In this document: piece after piece, positions 20,382 through 30,202 of the stretch
Layout of the letters: the number at the start of each line of letters is the position of its first letter
Position numbering within the stretch: the first letter of the stretch is position 1
Assembly (NCBI GenBank): GCA_964354255.1
Contig: CAYGYX010000007.1
Location: 1-52,929, forward strand
Reading direction: 5' to 3'
DNA: 52,929 nt
From: an uncultured Acidimicrobiia bacterium
GTDB taxonomy: Bacteria; Actinomycetota; Acidimicrobiia; Spongiisociales; UBA11373
Made by a program: the position numbers and the translations under genes
Notes under the pieces: model-generated
What the model saw: the letters and a program-made list of their open reading frames with translations, nothing else
The model's database searches: none
Told to the model about the DNA's origin: nothing

Positions 20382-20842
20382 GCCTCTTCATCGGCGACGA
20401 GCAGGACGAACCGGTCGACACGGCCGGCCTGCGCGCGTTGGCCGCGGCCGTGCTGGCGGCCGAGGGGCTGCCCGCCGACTGTGAGATGGCGGTGATCCTG
20501 GTGTCTAGCGAGCAGATCGCCGAATACAACCGGCAGTTCATGGACCGGACGGGTGCCACCGACGTGCTCGCCTTCCCCCTCCAGGACCTGGAGCCGGGGA
20601 AGGTGCCGCCCCCGGTGGCCAATGAGCCCCCGCTGACCCTGGGCGATGTCTTCCTCTGCCCGGCGGAGATCCGGCGGCACGCCGCCGAGGAGAAGGTGGA
20701 CTTCGAGGACTACCTCCGTTGGCTGGCCGTGCACGGCGTTCTCCACTTGCTCGGCTACGACCACGACGATGACCGCTCGGCCGAGCGCATGGAAGAGCGC
20801 GAAGAGGAACTGCTCGCCATGATGGGCCGGAGGATGCCGTGA
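20378..20842 (+). CDS. ybeY: rRNA maturation endoribonuclease YbeY
   Basis: TDVLAFP, LGDVFLC, HGVLHLLGYDH zinc motif. Confidence 0.95.
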   Translation: MSLFIGDEQDEPVDTAGLRALAAAVLAAEGLPADCEMAVILVSSEQIAEYNRQFMDRTGATDVLAFPLQDLEPGKVPPPVANEPPLTLGDVFLCPAEIRRHAAEEKVDFEDYLRWLAVHGVLHLLGYDHDDDRSAERMEEREEELLAMMGRRMP

Positions 20843-22005
20843 CCATCCTGGCCCTGGTCCTGGCCGGCCTGCTCACCCTGGTGGCGGCCGCCCTGCGCTT
20901 CGGGGGAGCGTCGCTGGTGCGCACGCCCCGGGCCGAGGCCCTGCGCGACGCCGCCGAGGGCCGGCACGGGGCGGCCCGGGCCGCCGCTCTGCTCGAAGAC
21001 CGGCCGACTTTGCAGCCCTCGCTGGGGGTAGCGCACACGACGCTGCTGATCGCCGCCGCCATCCCGGCCGTCTGGGCGCTCTGTACCCTTCTTTCGGGAT
21101 GGGCCCTGCTCGGCTGCCTGGCCGGCAGCGGGCTGCTGCTGGTGCTGGTGGGTGACCTCGTCCCGCGGTCGATGGGTCGGGCCCGGCCCCGCGGTCCGGC
21201 CTACCGGCTCTCCCCCCTGCTGGCGCTGGCCGTGCGGGCCGGGCAGCGGGCCACCGACCTGATCCAGGAGGACGAGGAGGCAGAGGAGGAGGCCGAGGCA
21301 GAGGGAGAGGACGCCGAGGAGATCAAGCTGATCACCTCGGTCCTCGAGTTCAGCGACGCGGTGGTACGCGAGGTCATGGTCCCCCGGGGCGACATGGTGA
21401 CCGTATCCCACAACGAGGACACCGACCGGGCCCTCGACGTGGTGATCGCCGAGGGGCGCTCCCGCGTGCCGGTGACCGGGGAGTCGCGGGACGAGATCGT
21501 GGGGGTGCTCTACGCCCGGGACCTGCTGGCCCTCATGGACTCGGGCACCGGGCCGCAGCCGGTCACCACCATCATGCGGCCTCCCCACTTCGTCCCGGAG
21601 ACCGAGCGAGTGCACGACCTGCTGCGCGAACTGCAGCGGGAGAAGGTGCACCTGGCCATCGTGGTCGACGAGTTCGGTTCCACCGCCGGCCTGGTGACCA
21701 TCGAGGACCTGATCGAGGAGATCGTGGGGGAGATCGTCGATGAGCACGACGTGGAGGAGCCGATGATCACCCCGGTCGCCGGCGGCGGCTACCTGGTGAA
21801 CGCCCGGCTGCCGGTGGACGACCTCGCCGACCTCGCCGGGGTGCGCCTGCCGGCAGGGGACTGGGACACGGTCGGCGGCCTCCTCCTCGCCCTGGCCGGG
21901 CAGGTGCCGCAGGTGGGGGAGCCGTTCGAGGTGGAGGGCCTGGTGCTGACCGCCGAGCAGGTGCAGGGGCGGCGGGTGTCGCGGGTCCGGGTCGCCCGGC
22001 GGTGA
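20839..22005 (+). CDS. Hemolysin/CorC-family CNNM + CBS-pair + CorC_HlyC protein
   Basis: N-terminal TM segments, VREVMVPR, SRVPV, AIVVDEFGSTAGLVTIEDLIEEIVGEI, TVGG. Confidence 0.9.
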   Translation: MTILALVLAGLLTLVAAALRFGGASLVRTPRAEALRDAAEGRHGAARAAALLEDRPTLQPSLGVAHTTLLIAAAIPAVWALCTLLSGWALLGCLAGSGLLLVLVGDLVPRSMGRARPRGPAYRLSPLLALAVRAGQRATDLIQEDEEAEEEAEAEGEDAEEIKLITSVLEFSDAVVREVMVPRGDMVTVSHNEDTDRALDVVIAEGRSRVPVTGESRDEIVGVLYARDLLALMDSGTGPQPVTTIMRPPHFVPETERVHDLLRELQREKVHLAIVVDEFGSTAGLVTIEDLIEEIVGEIVDEHDVEEPMITPVAGGGYLVNARLPVDDLADLAGVRLPAGDWDTVGGLLLALAGQVPQVGEPFEVEGLVLTAEQVQGRRVSRVRVARR

Positions 22006-22874
22006 AATCCGGGTTCGTCGCTGTCGTCGGCCGGCCCAACGTCGGCAAGTCCACCCTGGTCAACGCCCTGGTGGGGAGCAAGGTGGCCATCACCTCGTCC
22101 CGCCCCCAGACCACCCGCAACACCATTCGCGGGGTGCTCACCACCGACGAGGCGCAGGTGGTCTTCGTCGATACCCCGGGCCTGCACCGTCCCCGCACCG
22201 CGCTGGGGGAACGCCTCAACCGCTTGGTGGAAGGCACCCTGGCCGAGGCCGACGCGGTGGTCTTCGTGCTGGATGCCACCCAGCGCATCGGCCCCGGCGA
22301 TCGCCTCATCGCCGGCCGCCTGCGGGAACCGGGCACGGCGACGGTGGTGGTGGTCAACAAGGTGGACGCCGCCTCCCGGGACGCGGTGGGAGAGCATCTG
22401 GCCGAGGCGGGGGAGTGGGGCTTTCACGCCTACGTGCCACTCAGCGCCCTGCACGGGGAGAACCTGGCCCCGCTGGTGGCCGAGCTGGTGGCCCTGCTGC
22501 CGGAAGGGCCGGCCTACTTCCCGCCGGGCATGGTCACCGACCAGCCCGAGGAGCTCCTCATCGGTGAGCTCATCAGGGAGAAGTTCCTGGCCCGCCTGCG
22601 CGAGGAACTGCCCCATTCCCTGGCGGTGCTGGTGGAGGGCATCGAGGAGCAGCCCGGGGGAGTGGTCCGGGTCGAGGCGCGTCTGGCAGTGGAACGGGAA
22701 TCGCAGAAGGGCATGATCATCGGCAAGGGGGGAGCGCTGTTGCGCGAAGCGGGGAGCGAGGCCCGGGTGGAGATCGAGGCCCTGCTGGGTGCCCGGGTCT
22801 TCCTCGACCTGCGGGTGCGGGTGGAGAAGGATTGGCAGCGCCGCCCGGGGCTGATCAAGCGCCTGGGGATGTGA
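22002..22874 (+). CDS. era: GTPase Era
   Basis: GRPNVGKST, PQTTR, DTPG, NKVD, KH domain IIGKGG. Confidence 0.96.
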   Translation: MKSGFVAVVGRPNVGKSTLVNALVGSKVAITSSRPQTTRNTIRGVLTTDEAQVVFVDTPGLHRPRTALGERLNRLVEGTLAEADAVVFVLDATQRIGPGDRLIAGRLREPGTATVVVVNKVDAASRDAVGEHLAEAGEWGFHAYVPLSALHGENLAPLVAELVALLPEGPAYFPPGMVTDQPEELLIGELIREKFLARLREELPHSLAVLVEGIEEQPGGVVRVEARLAVERESQKGMIIGKGGALLREAGSEARVEIEALLGARVFLDLRVRVEKDWQRRPGLIKRLGM

Positions 22875-22885
22875 GCCCCGAGGGG

Positions 22886-23347
22886 TCAGTGGGAGGCCGG
22901 GCCGTCGGGGTGAGGCCACACCTGCTCGAACCACTCCAGCACCAGCAGGGTGTCGTCGTCCACCTCGATGCCGATCGAAGCCAGGTAGGTGATGTGGGCC
23001 TCCCGCCAGTAGGCCAGGCTGCGATCGCCCTCGCCTTCCTCCCAGGCGAACTGCTCGTCGACGTCGCCGAAGCGCCGTAGTGTGACCCGGGTGGTCCGGG
23101 TGATGCACAGCGGGGCGCCGCTCCCGTCCAGGATCACCCAGTACGCCCCGGGGGCCGGCAGCGGCTCGCCCTCCGCCTCGTATTCGGCCCAGACTCCGGC
23201 GGTGGCCCGCTTGGGGCCGTCGCGCACCAGCAGGCCCAACTCGGTGGCCAGGTCCGGCGACGTCTCGGCAAAGGCGGTCGGCTCGTACGGGGCATCGACC
23301 CCGGTCGCGGCGGCGAATTCTGCCCAGAAGGCTTCGACCCGGTTCAC
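22886..23347 (-). CDS. ASCH domain protein
   Basis: ELGLLVRDGPKRATA, FAWEEGEGDRSLAYWREAH, LVLEWFE; GTG start overlaps the upstream MBL stop (GTGA). Confidence 0.88.
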   Translation of the reverse strand: MNRVEAFWAEFAAATGVDAPYEPTAFAETSPDLATELGLLVRDGPKRATAGVWAEYEAEGEPLPAPGAYWVILDGSGAPLCITRTTRVTLRRFGDVDEQFAWEEGEGDRSLAYWREAHITYLASIGIEVDDDTLLVLEWFEQVWPHPDGPASH

Positions 23348-24270
23348 CGCCGGGAGCCTGCCGCCGGCCGGTACCGTGTCTCGAGGGTCGGCTCGCCGTC
23401 GCAAGCGACCCGGTGCTCGACGACGAGTGCCCGCAGGTGGGCGAGGACAGACATCCCCGCCGCCGGGTGCAGGCGGGGGTCCACCGCGGCGTAGACCACC
23501 TGCACGATCTCGGGGATCGTGGTCCTCCCTGCCGCCAGGGCGGCCAGGATCTCCATCTCTCGTTCCACCCGGTGGGCCACCAGGGCGGTGATGTAGGGCC
23601 GCGGCTCGCCGACCGCCGGCCCGTGGCCCGGCAGGTACGTGCGGTCGTCCCGGCGGTGCAGGAGGCGGAGGGAGGCCCGGTAGGCGGCCATGTCCCCGTC
23701 GGGGGGGATGACCACGCTGGTGGACCAGCCCATCACGTGGTCGCCGGTGAGGAGCAAGCCCTCGGCCGGCAGGGAGAAGCAGAGGTGGTCCGAGGTGTGG
23801 CCGGGCGTGGCCACCGCCTCCAGCGTCCAGCCCGGGCCCTCCACGCGGTCGCCTTCCCCGAGGACGAGGTCGGGGGCGAGGCCCGGGTCGGCCGCTTCCC
23901 CGAAGTAGCCCCCAGCGGGGAGGGAGCCAGAGGACCGATGGGCCCCGGCGGCCAGCACCGCCCCCGTCTCCCGGGCCACGGCGAGGGCCGATTCGCAGTG
24001 GTCCAGGTGACGGTGGGTCACCAGGACGTGGCTCACCGCCTCCCCGTGCAGCGCCCGCCGCAAGGCGGCCCGGTGTTCCCCCAGGAGCGGGCCCGGGTCG
24101 ATCACGGCCACCGTGCCCCGGCCCACCAGATAGGTGTTGGTGCCGTACAGGGTGAACAGGCTCGGGTTGCGGGCCACCACGCGGCGCACCGAGGGTGAGA
24201 CCTGCTCCGGCTCTCCGTAGGTGAAGCGCATCTCCCGGACGAAGGGGATCTGGGTGGCCATCCCGGCCAT
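23344..24270 (-). CDS. MBL-fold metallo-hydrolase, LACTB2-like with C-terminal winged helix
   Basis: NPSLFTLYGTNTYLVG, THRHLDH, TPGHTSDH, GDHVMGW, PGHG. Confidence 0.9.
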   Translation of the reverse strand: MAGMATQIPFVREMRFTYGEPEQVSPSVRRVVARNPSLFTLYGTNTYLVGRGTVAVIDPGPLLGEHRAALRRALHGEAVSHVLVTHRHLDHCESALAVARETGAVLAAGAHRSSGSLPAGGYFGEAADPGLAPDLVLGEGDRVEGPGWTLEAVATPGHTSDHLCFSLPAEGLLLTGDHVMGWSTSVVIPPDGDMAAYRASLRLLHRRDDRTYLPGHGPAVGEPRPYITALVAHRVEREMEILAALAAGRTTIPEIVQVVYAAVDPRLHPAAGMSVLAHLRALVVEHRVACDGEPTLETRYRPAAGSRR

Positions 24271-24308
24271 GCTCGCCCGCCGCCGCCGAGCCGGCAAGCC
24301 GGCCTACC

Positions 24309-24833
24309 TCAGGGCCGCGATCTCGGCCGGTAGCGGACCTCGGAGAGATCGCCGAGGGGAGTGTGGCCGGTCTTGGCCACCCCTTCCGCTTCCCATCCCC
24401 AGGCCCGGTAGAAGCGGGCCGCCCGATGGTCCCCGGGCAGGGTCCACGGGATCGCCTCCTCCCAGGGACCAGGCGGAAGTGCTCAAGGGTGGCCGCCATC
24501 AGGGCCCGGCCGGCGCCGGTGCCCACCGCCTCGGGCTCCAGGTGTGTGCCGTACAACTCGGGCGCGTCGGGGGCGTCGGGTTCGCGGCTCGGCCCGACGT
24601 GGGTGAGGCCGATGACCCGCCCGGCGCGCTCGGTCACCCAGGTGCGCTCCGGGGGCACCGGGGGGAGGTGCTCTTCCCAGTAGAGGGCCCGCGGTTCCAC
24701 GTCCATGCCGTCGAGGAGGGCCTGGGGGACGAGGCCGGGGGAGAAGGCCCGCCAGGCCGCCACGTTGAGGTCGGCCATGGCCGGGGCGTCGCCGGGCAGG
24801 GCGTCCCGCAGCAGGACCGGCTCCCGGCTCCAC
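24309..24833 (-). pseudogene. GNAT N-acetyltransferase, frameshifted
   Basis: N-half ELYGTHLEPEAVGTGAGRALM; C-half WTLPGDHRAARFYRAWGW lies in another frame (1-nt loss near 24471); 7-bp tandem duplication at 24818-24831 separates the GTG start from the frame. Confidence 0.75.
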
Positions 24834-24834
24834 C

Positions 24835-25731
24835 TCAGCCTGTCTCGCCGAGGCTGATCCCCGACAGGTCCTCCAGGGCCTTCACCAGGGCGTGGTTGCC
24901 CTCCTGTCCCAGGCCGCGCTGCTGCAGCGCCCGGTACAGCTGGAACACCAGCGCCGTCGCCGGTAGGGGCACGCCGAGCTCGTCGGCGGCTTCGAGCGCC
25001 AGGCGCAGGTCCTTCTGCTGCAGGTCGATGGTGAACCCGGGACGCCAGTCACGCCGGGCCATCTGCGGGCCCCGGTTGGCCAGCATCCAGGAGCCGGCGG
25101 CCCCTCCCTTCACCGCGTCGATGGTCGTGTCCAGATCGAGGCCACCGGCCTGGGCGACGAGCAGCGCCTCGCCCACTCCCTGCTGGGTGACCACCACCAG
25201 GATCTGGTTGACGATCTTGGCGATCTGTCCGGCGCCGCTGGGGCCGACGTGGGTGATCGTGGTGCCGTAGGCCTCCAGGTACTGCCGGGCCCGCTCCAGC
25301 TGTCGCGGGTCGCCGCCCACCATGATGCTGAGGGTGCCCCGGGCCGCTCCCTCGCTGCCGCCCGACACCGGTGCATCCAGCCAGTGGGCCCCCTTCCCTG
25401 CCGCCGCCTCGGCCAGCCGGCGGGTGGCGCGCGGGCTGATGGAGGAGTGGTCGATCACCAGCGAGCCGGGGGAAAGGCCCGCCAGGATGCCTTCCGGGCC
25501 CAGGGTCACCTGCTCGACGTCCGGGGTGTCGGAGACGCAGATCATCACCACCTCGGAGCGGGCGGCCAGGTCGGCCGGGCTCCGGGCGGCCGTCGCCCCG
25601 GCGGCCAGCAGGGGGGCCAGGCGCTCTGGAGAGCGGTTCCACACGCAGAGGGCGTGGCCCTTGGTGAGGAGGTTGCGGGCCATGCCTCCGCCCATGGTGC
25701 CCATGCCTACGAAACCGATGCGCTCGCTCAT
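24835..25731 (-). CDS. NAD(P)-dependent beta-hydroxyacid dehydrogenase (3-hydroxyisobutyrate/tartronate semialdehyde reductase family)
   Basis: GFVGMGTMG, DAPVSGG, GAGQIAKIVNQ, FTIDLQQKDL. Confidence 0.92.
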   Translation of the reverse strand: MSERIGFVGMGTMGGGMARNLLTKGHALCVWNRSPERLAPLLAAGATAARSPADLAARSEVVMICVSDTPDVEQVTLGPEGILAGLSPGSLVIDHSSISPRATRRLAEAAAGKGAHWLDAPVSGGSEGAARGTLSIMVGGDPRQLERARQYLEAYGTTITHVGPSGAGQIAKIVNQILVVVTQQGVGEALLVAQAGGLDLDTTIDAVKGGAAGSWMLANRGPQMARRDWRPGFTIDLQQKDLRLALEAADELGVPLPATALVFQLYRALQQRGLGQEGNHALVKALEDLSGISLGETG

Positions 25732-25880
25732 GCTCTTCTCCCGCGTTCTCAGAACCCGGTTACCTTAGAGCACCTCATCGGGCGCTGGATCACGGCCGGC
25801 CGGGGCCCCGCTCGCCGTCGCCGCGCCTGCGGGGGCCCTGCGCCCTGGCCCATGCGGCTGCACCCGGTACGCTGGCGGCG

Positions 25881-26600
25881 ATGGGACTCCGCCACGATCA
25901 GGGCATCGTCCTGCGCTCCTACCCCTTCGGGGAGGCCGACCGGGTGGTGGTGCTGCTCAGCCCCAACCACGGCAAGCTGCGGGCGGTGGCCAAGGGGGTG
26001 CGCAAGACCACCAGCCGCTTCGGGGGCCGGCTGGAACCGTTCACCCATGTCGACCTGGTGCTGTACGAGGGCCGCAGCCTGGACACCATCACCCAGGTGT
26101 CGGTGATCGACGCCTTCCCCCATCTGCGCAACGAGCTCGACCGGGTGCTGGCCGCCGGGACGATGGTGGAGGTCGTGGACGCGGTGACCGAGGAAGAGGA
26201 GGGGGCGGTGCGGGCTTTCCTCCTGCTGCAGCGGGGCCTGCGCGCCCTGGAGGCAGGGCCCCGCCACCCCGACCTGGTGGCCGCGTTCCTGCTCAAGGTG
26301 GCCGATGTGGTCGGCGTCGCCCCCGCCCTCGACCACTGCGCCGGCTGCGGCGCCCGTTCCGGGGTGACCCGCTTCTCCTTTGCCGCCGGCGGGGCCTTGT
26401 GTGAGCGCTGCCGCACCCCGGGGGCGGTGGCGCTGCGGGAGGGGCTCACCCCCTACCTGGCCGCCTTGGCCGCCGCCGACCTGGGCGCCCTGCCCGCCCC
26501 CGATCCCTCGTTCAGCGGTGAGGCCATGGGGGTGACCCGCCGCTTCCTCGAGTACCACCTGGATCGCCGCCTCGAGAGCCTGGCCACCGCCGATGGCTGA
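25881..26600 (+). CDS. recO: DNA repair protein RecO
   Basis: GIVLRSYPFGEADRVV, AKGVRK, CxxC..CxxC zinc finger; -10 TACGCT 7 nt before ATG. Confidence 0.95.
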   Translation: MGLRHDQGIVLRSYPFGEADRVVVLLSPNHGKLRAVAKGVRKTTSRFGGRLEPFTHVDLVLYEGRSLDTITQVSVIDAFPHLRNELDRVLAAGTMVEVVDAVTEEEEGAVRAFLLLQRGLRALEAGPRHPDLVAAFLLKVADVVGVAPALDHCAGCGARSGVTRFSFAAGGALCERCRTPGAVALREGLTPYLAALAAADLGALPAPDPSFSGEAMGVTRRFLEYHLDRRLESLATADG

Positions 26601-27321
26601 CGACCTCCGCCCCGTCCCCTGCCACGTGGCCATCATCCTCGACGGCAACGGCCGTTGGGCCACCGGCCGCGGCCTGCCCCGCACTGCCGGCCACGCCGCC
26701 GGCGAGCCGGCCTTGTTCGACGTGGTCCACGGGGCCATCGAGCTGGGGATCGAGTGGCTGACCGTCTACGTGTTCTCGACCGAGAACTGGTCACGCCCCG
26801 CCGAGGAGGTGGCCTTCCTGATGCAGTTCAACGAGGATCTGTTGCTGCGCCGGCGGGACGAGTTGAACGGCATGGGGGTGCGGGTGATCTTCATCGGGGA
26901 TCGGGACGACCCCGGGGTGAGCGACCGCCTGCGGGGCCACATCGCCGACACCGAGGCCCTCACCGCCCACAATCGGACGCTCACACTGGTTTTCGCCTTC
27001 AACTACGGGTCGCGCGTGGAGATCGCCCGGGCGGCGCGGTGCATCGCCGAGGAGGTGGCCACCGGTGAGCTGGACCCGGCTGCCATCGACCCCGCCACGG
27101 TGGCCGCCCACCTGTACCTGCCGGAGATGCCCGATCCCGACCTGGTGATCCGCTCCAGCGGGGAGCAGCGGGTCAGCAACTTCCTCCTGTGGCAGTCGGC
27201 TTATGCCGAGCTCGCCTTCCCGGAGACGCTGTGGCCCGACTTCGACCGGCGCGCCCTGGCAGCCTGTGTGGACGAGTACCGGAGGAGGCAGCGGCGGTTT
27301 GGCGGAGTTGCTGAGGGTTGA
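26593..27321 (+). CDS. uppS: Isoprenyl (undecaprenyl/decaprenyl) diphosphate synthase
   Basis: [46 protein letters not shown]. Confidence 0.95.
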   Translation: MADDLRPVPCHVAIILDGNGRWATGRGLPRTAGHAAGEPALFDVVHGAIELGIEWLTVYVFSTENWSRPAEEVAFLMQFNEDLLLRRRDELNGMGVRVIFIGDRDDPGVSDRLRGHIADTEALTAHNRTLTLVFAFNYGSRVEIARAARCIAEEVATGELDPAAIDPATVAAHLYLPEMPDPDLVIRSSGEQRVSNFLLWQSAYAELAFPETLWPDFDRRALAACVDEYRRRQRRFGGVAEG

Positions 27322-27373
27322 CCCGGCCCGGTTCCCACCCCGGCCTATCATGCCCCGCTCCCCGGGAGGCCCG

Positions 27374-28690
27374 ATGACGAACGTATCGTTGGAGACGATC
27401 GCCACCCTCGCCCAGAAGCGCGGCTTCGTATACCAGGCGTCGGAGATCTACGGCGGCCTGCGCTCCGCCTGGGACTACGGGCCGCTGGGCGTCGAGCTGC
27501 TGCGCAACGTCCGGGAAGCCTGGTGGAAGGCCGTGGTCTCCGAGCGCGACGACGTCGTCGGCCTCGACTCGTCGGTGATCCTCGCCTCTCAGGTGTGGGT
27601 GGCCTCCGGGCACCTGGCCTCCTTCACCGACCCGCTGGTGGAGTGCACCGAGTGCAACAACCGCTTCCGCCTGGACAAGCTGGCGGACCCCGACCTCTGC
27701 CCCAACTGCGGCCAGCGGGGCACCTTCACCGCTCCCAAGCAGTTCAACCTGATGCTCAAGACCTTCCTGGGGCCCGTGCAGGATGAGGGCAGCGTCGCTT
27801 ACCTGCGCCCCGAGACCGCCCAGGGCATCTTCGTCAACTTCGCCAACGTGGTGCGCACCGCCCGTATGCGGCCGCCCTTCGGCATCGCCCAGGTCGGCAA
27901 GGCCTTCCGCAACGAGATCACCCCCGGTCAGTTCGTGTTCCGCACCCGCGAGTTCGAGCAGGGGGAACTGGAGTTCTTCTGCCCGCCCGTCGAGGCCCCG
28001 CAGTGGCACGAGTACTGGCTCCAGGAGCGGCTGCGCTGGTACGTCGGGCTGGGGATGAAGGCGGAGAACCTGCGGCTGCGGGCCCACGGCCCCGATGAGT
28101 TGTCGCACTACTCGGCGGCTACCAGCGACGTGGAGTACCAGTTCCCCTGGGGCTGGGACGAGCTGGAAGGGATCGCCAACCGCACTGACTTCGACCTCAA
28201 GGCCCACGCCGAGGCGAGCGGCCAGGACCTGCGCTACTTCGACCAGGACACCGGGGAGCGGTACTTCCCATATGTGATCGAACCGTCCGCGGGTATCACC
28301 CGCTCTGCCTTCGCCTTCCTCCTCGACGCCTACGACGAGGAAGAGGTGCGGGGGGAGAAGCGGGTGGTGCTGCGCCTCCACCCCCGGCTGGCGCCTATCA
28401 AGGTGGCGGTGCTCCCCCTCTCCAAGAAGGACGAGTTGATCGAGGTAAGCCGCCGGGTGGCGGCTCTGCTGCGGCCCCATTGGCCGGTGGAGCACGACAT
28501 CACCCAGTCGATCGGCCGGCGCTACCGCCGCCAGGACGAGATCGGCACCCCTTACGCCGTCACCGTGGACTTCGACTCCCTCGAGGACCGGGCGGTCACC
28601 ATCCGCGAGCGGGACACCATGGACCAGATCCGGGTCCCCATCGCCGGCCTGGTCGAGGCGCTGGCCGAGAAGTTCGCCGGGAGGCTGTGA
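27374..28690 (+). CDS. glyQS: Glycine--tRNA ligase (homodimeric alpha2 type)
   Basis: [58 protein letters not shown]; SD GGGAGG before ATG 27374. Confidence 0.96.
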   Translation: MTNVSLETIATLAQKRGFVYQASEIYGGLRSAWDYGPLGVELLRNVREAWWKAVVSERDDVVGLDSSVILASQVWVASGHLASFTDPLVECTECNNRFRLDKLADPDLCPNCGQRGTFTAPKQFNLMLKTFLGPVQDEGSVAYLRPETAQGIFVNFANVVRTARMRPPFGIAQVGKAFRNEITPGQFVFRTREFEQGELEFFCPPVEAPQWHEYWLQERLRWYVGLGMKAENLRLRAHGPDELSHYSAATSDVEYQFPWGWDELEGIANRTDFDLKAHAEASGQDLRYFDQDTGERYFPYVIEPSAGITRSAFAFLLDAYDEEEVRGEKRVVLRLHPRLAPIKVAVLPLSKKDELIEVSRRVAALLRPHWPVEHDITQSIGRRYRRQDEIGTPYAVTVDFDSLEDRAVTIRERDTMDQIRVPIAGLVEALAEKFAGRL

Positions 28691-28753
28691 CGGGGTGATG
28701 GTGCCCCCGTGGCCGGGGGGGCGGTGGCTCGTGGTTCGACCGGTGGATTCCGC

Positions 28754-29881
28754 TCACAAGCGCTTCGGGTACCAGCAGTGGTCGTGGGCGTCCCGATGGT
28801 GTCTGCGGCACAACAGCCGCAGGTTGGCCAGATCCGTGGTTCCGCCTTGGGCCCAGTGTTGGAGGTGATGGGCGTCGCACCAGCGTGCCGGCACCCCACA
28901 TCCGGGATGGGTACAACCCTGGTCCCGCAGATCCAGGGCCCGGCGCAGGGCTGGGGGGACGATCCGGTGCCTTCGGCCGATCTCCACCGGCTCCGAACCA
29001 CCCTGGAGGACCAGCCGGGAGACGGAGGCATCGCAGGCCAGACGGCGGACGGCTTCGACGCTGATGGGTCCGGCTTCGGTGTCCACCAGACCGGAGTCCT
29101 CGCGGAGGCTTTCCCAGGGGACGGTGACCGTCACATGCGGCCGCTGGCCTGCAGACCCTTGTCCTCCGTCGAGGTGGCGGCGGCAGACTTCGACCAGGGC
29201 GTCGGCCCGGCACTGCGCCGGGGTCCGTGTGTCCTGCGGGTCCAGGGCAGCCGGTTCAGCCAAAGAGCGCAGGGCGGCCAGCACGACAGAGCCGCCTTCC
29301 GGGTCGAGGTCCCCGTCCAGGTGGACCATCCCGGACCAGGCGGGTGAAACGTGCAAAGCCCGCCGGGCGAACACCCGCTGCGTGTCCGCCACGGCTCCTT
29401 CGGGATCGGTGCTGCGCCGCCACTCCGACAGGGCCTGCGGCAGTCTCTGGGAAGACACCGAGGCGGCCTGAGCGACCAGATGCTTCTCGTCCCGGGTGAA
29501 CTGCTCCGGAGCCAGATCGTGCGCCTGGGCCAGCAGCCGCACCCTCGGCTCAGACACCAGCCCAGCCGCAAACGCGGCGCGGGTCTCCGGCATCTCCTCC
29601 AAAGCCGTGGCCACCCCCACCCGACTGCGGCACACTGCGGCCGGGTCCCCCGACAGCGCCATCAGCCACGCGGTAGTGGACCCGTAGCCTTCCTGACGGG
29701 CCACCCCCCGCCGTTCCGCCTCGGCGATGAACTCCGCCCGACGGGCCGCCACCTGAGCCCCCAGACGATCCAGGCCGCGCAGACCCTCTGCCAGGCCGGC
29801 ATTGGACACCCCCACCAGTGGGAAGCCGAACACCGGCGGGAACTCCGACGACTCCACTCGAGGAGAGACTCCGACGCTCAC
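28754..29881 (-). CDS. DUF222 + HNH endonuclease domain protein (13E12-repeat-like)
   Basis: QCRADALVEVCR, RPHVTVTV, RRLACDA, RDQGCTHPGC..CDAHH..W..GGTTDLANLRLLCRRHH. Confidence 0.9.
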   Translation of the reverse strand: MSVGVSPRVESSEFPPVFGFPLVGVSNAGLAEGLRGLDRLGAQVAARRAEFIAEAERRGVARQEGYGSTTAWLMALSGDPAAVCRSRVGVATALEEMPETRAAFAAGLVSEPRVRLLAQAHDLAPEQFTRDEKHLVAQAASVSSQRLPQALSEWRRSTDPEGAVADTQRVFARRALHVSPAWSGMVHLDGDLDPEGGSVVLAALRSLAEPAALDPQDTRTPAQCRADALVEVCRRHLDGGQGSAGQRPHVTVTVPWESLREDSGLVDTEAGPISVEAVRRLACDASVSRLVLQGGSEPVEIGRRHRIVPPALRRALDLRDQGCTHPGCGVPARWCDAHHLQHWAQGGTTDLANLRLLCRRHHRDAHDHCWYPKRL

Positions 29882-29960
29882 CCCACCTATCTATCAGCCA
29901 CCTGTGACATCCCCGGCAAGGCCCCGGCACCCCCGCGGTCGGCACCATCGTGAGACAGCA

Positions 29961-30096
29961 GCACCCCAGGGGATTTCTCCCTCCCCCACGGCGGTGGGGG
30001 AGGGTTGGGGTGGGGGGGAAGTCCTCCTCAGCGTCCGCTGGGACGGGGGAGAGATCGACCCGAGCGGGGGTGACATTGCCCGGCGGCACCCCAGGG
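29961..30096. repeat. Palindromic REP/MITE-like element bounded by 11-bp direct repeats
   Basis: Perfect 11-bp stem CCCTCCCCCAC-GGCG-GTGGGGGAGGG (29979-30004) followed by TTGGGGTGGGGG; GCACCCCAGGG at 29961-29971 and 30086-30096. Confidence 0.6.
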
Positions 30097-30202
30097 TGCT
30101 GGCTCCTCACGTCACGGGCTGGTGGCGCCGAGAGGGACGGGCCGGCGCGCGGCCGGCGCTCCTGGATTAGCCTGCGGCCCCGTCCAGGGAAGGCGAGCCC
30201 AC

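Noticed and set aside
22886-24778. 630-aa ORF suggesting a GNAT-ASCH fusion
   Set aside because: The middle is an off-frame reading of the MBL gene. It arises from the GNAT frameshift plus stop-poor GC-rich DNA, and ASCH has its own coupled GTG.
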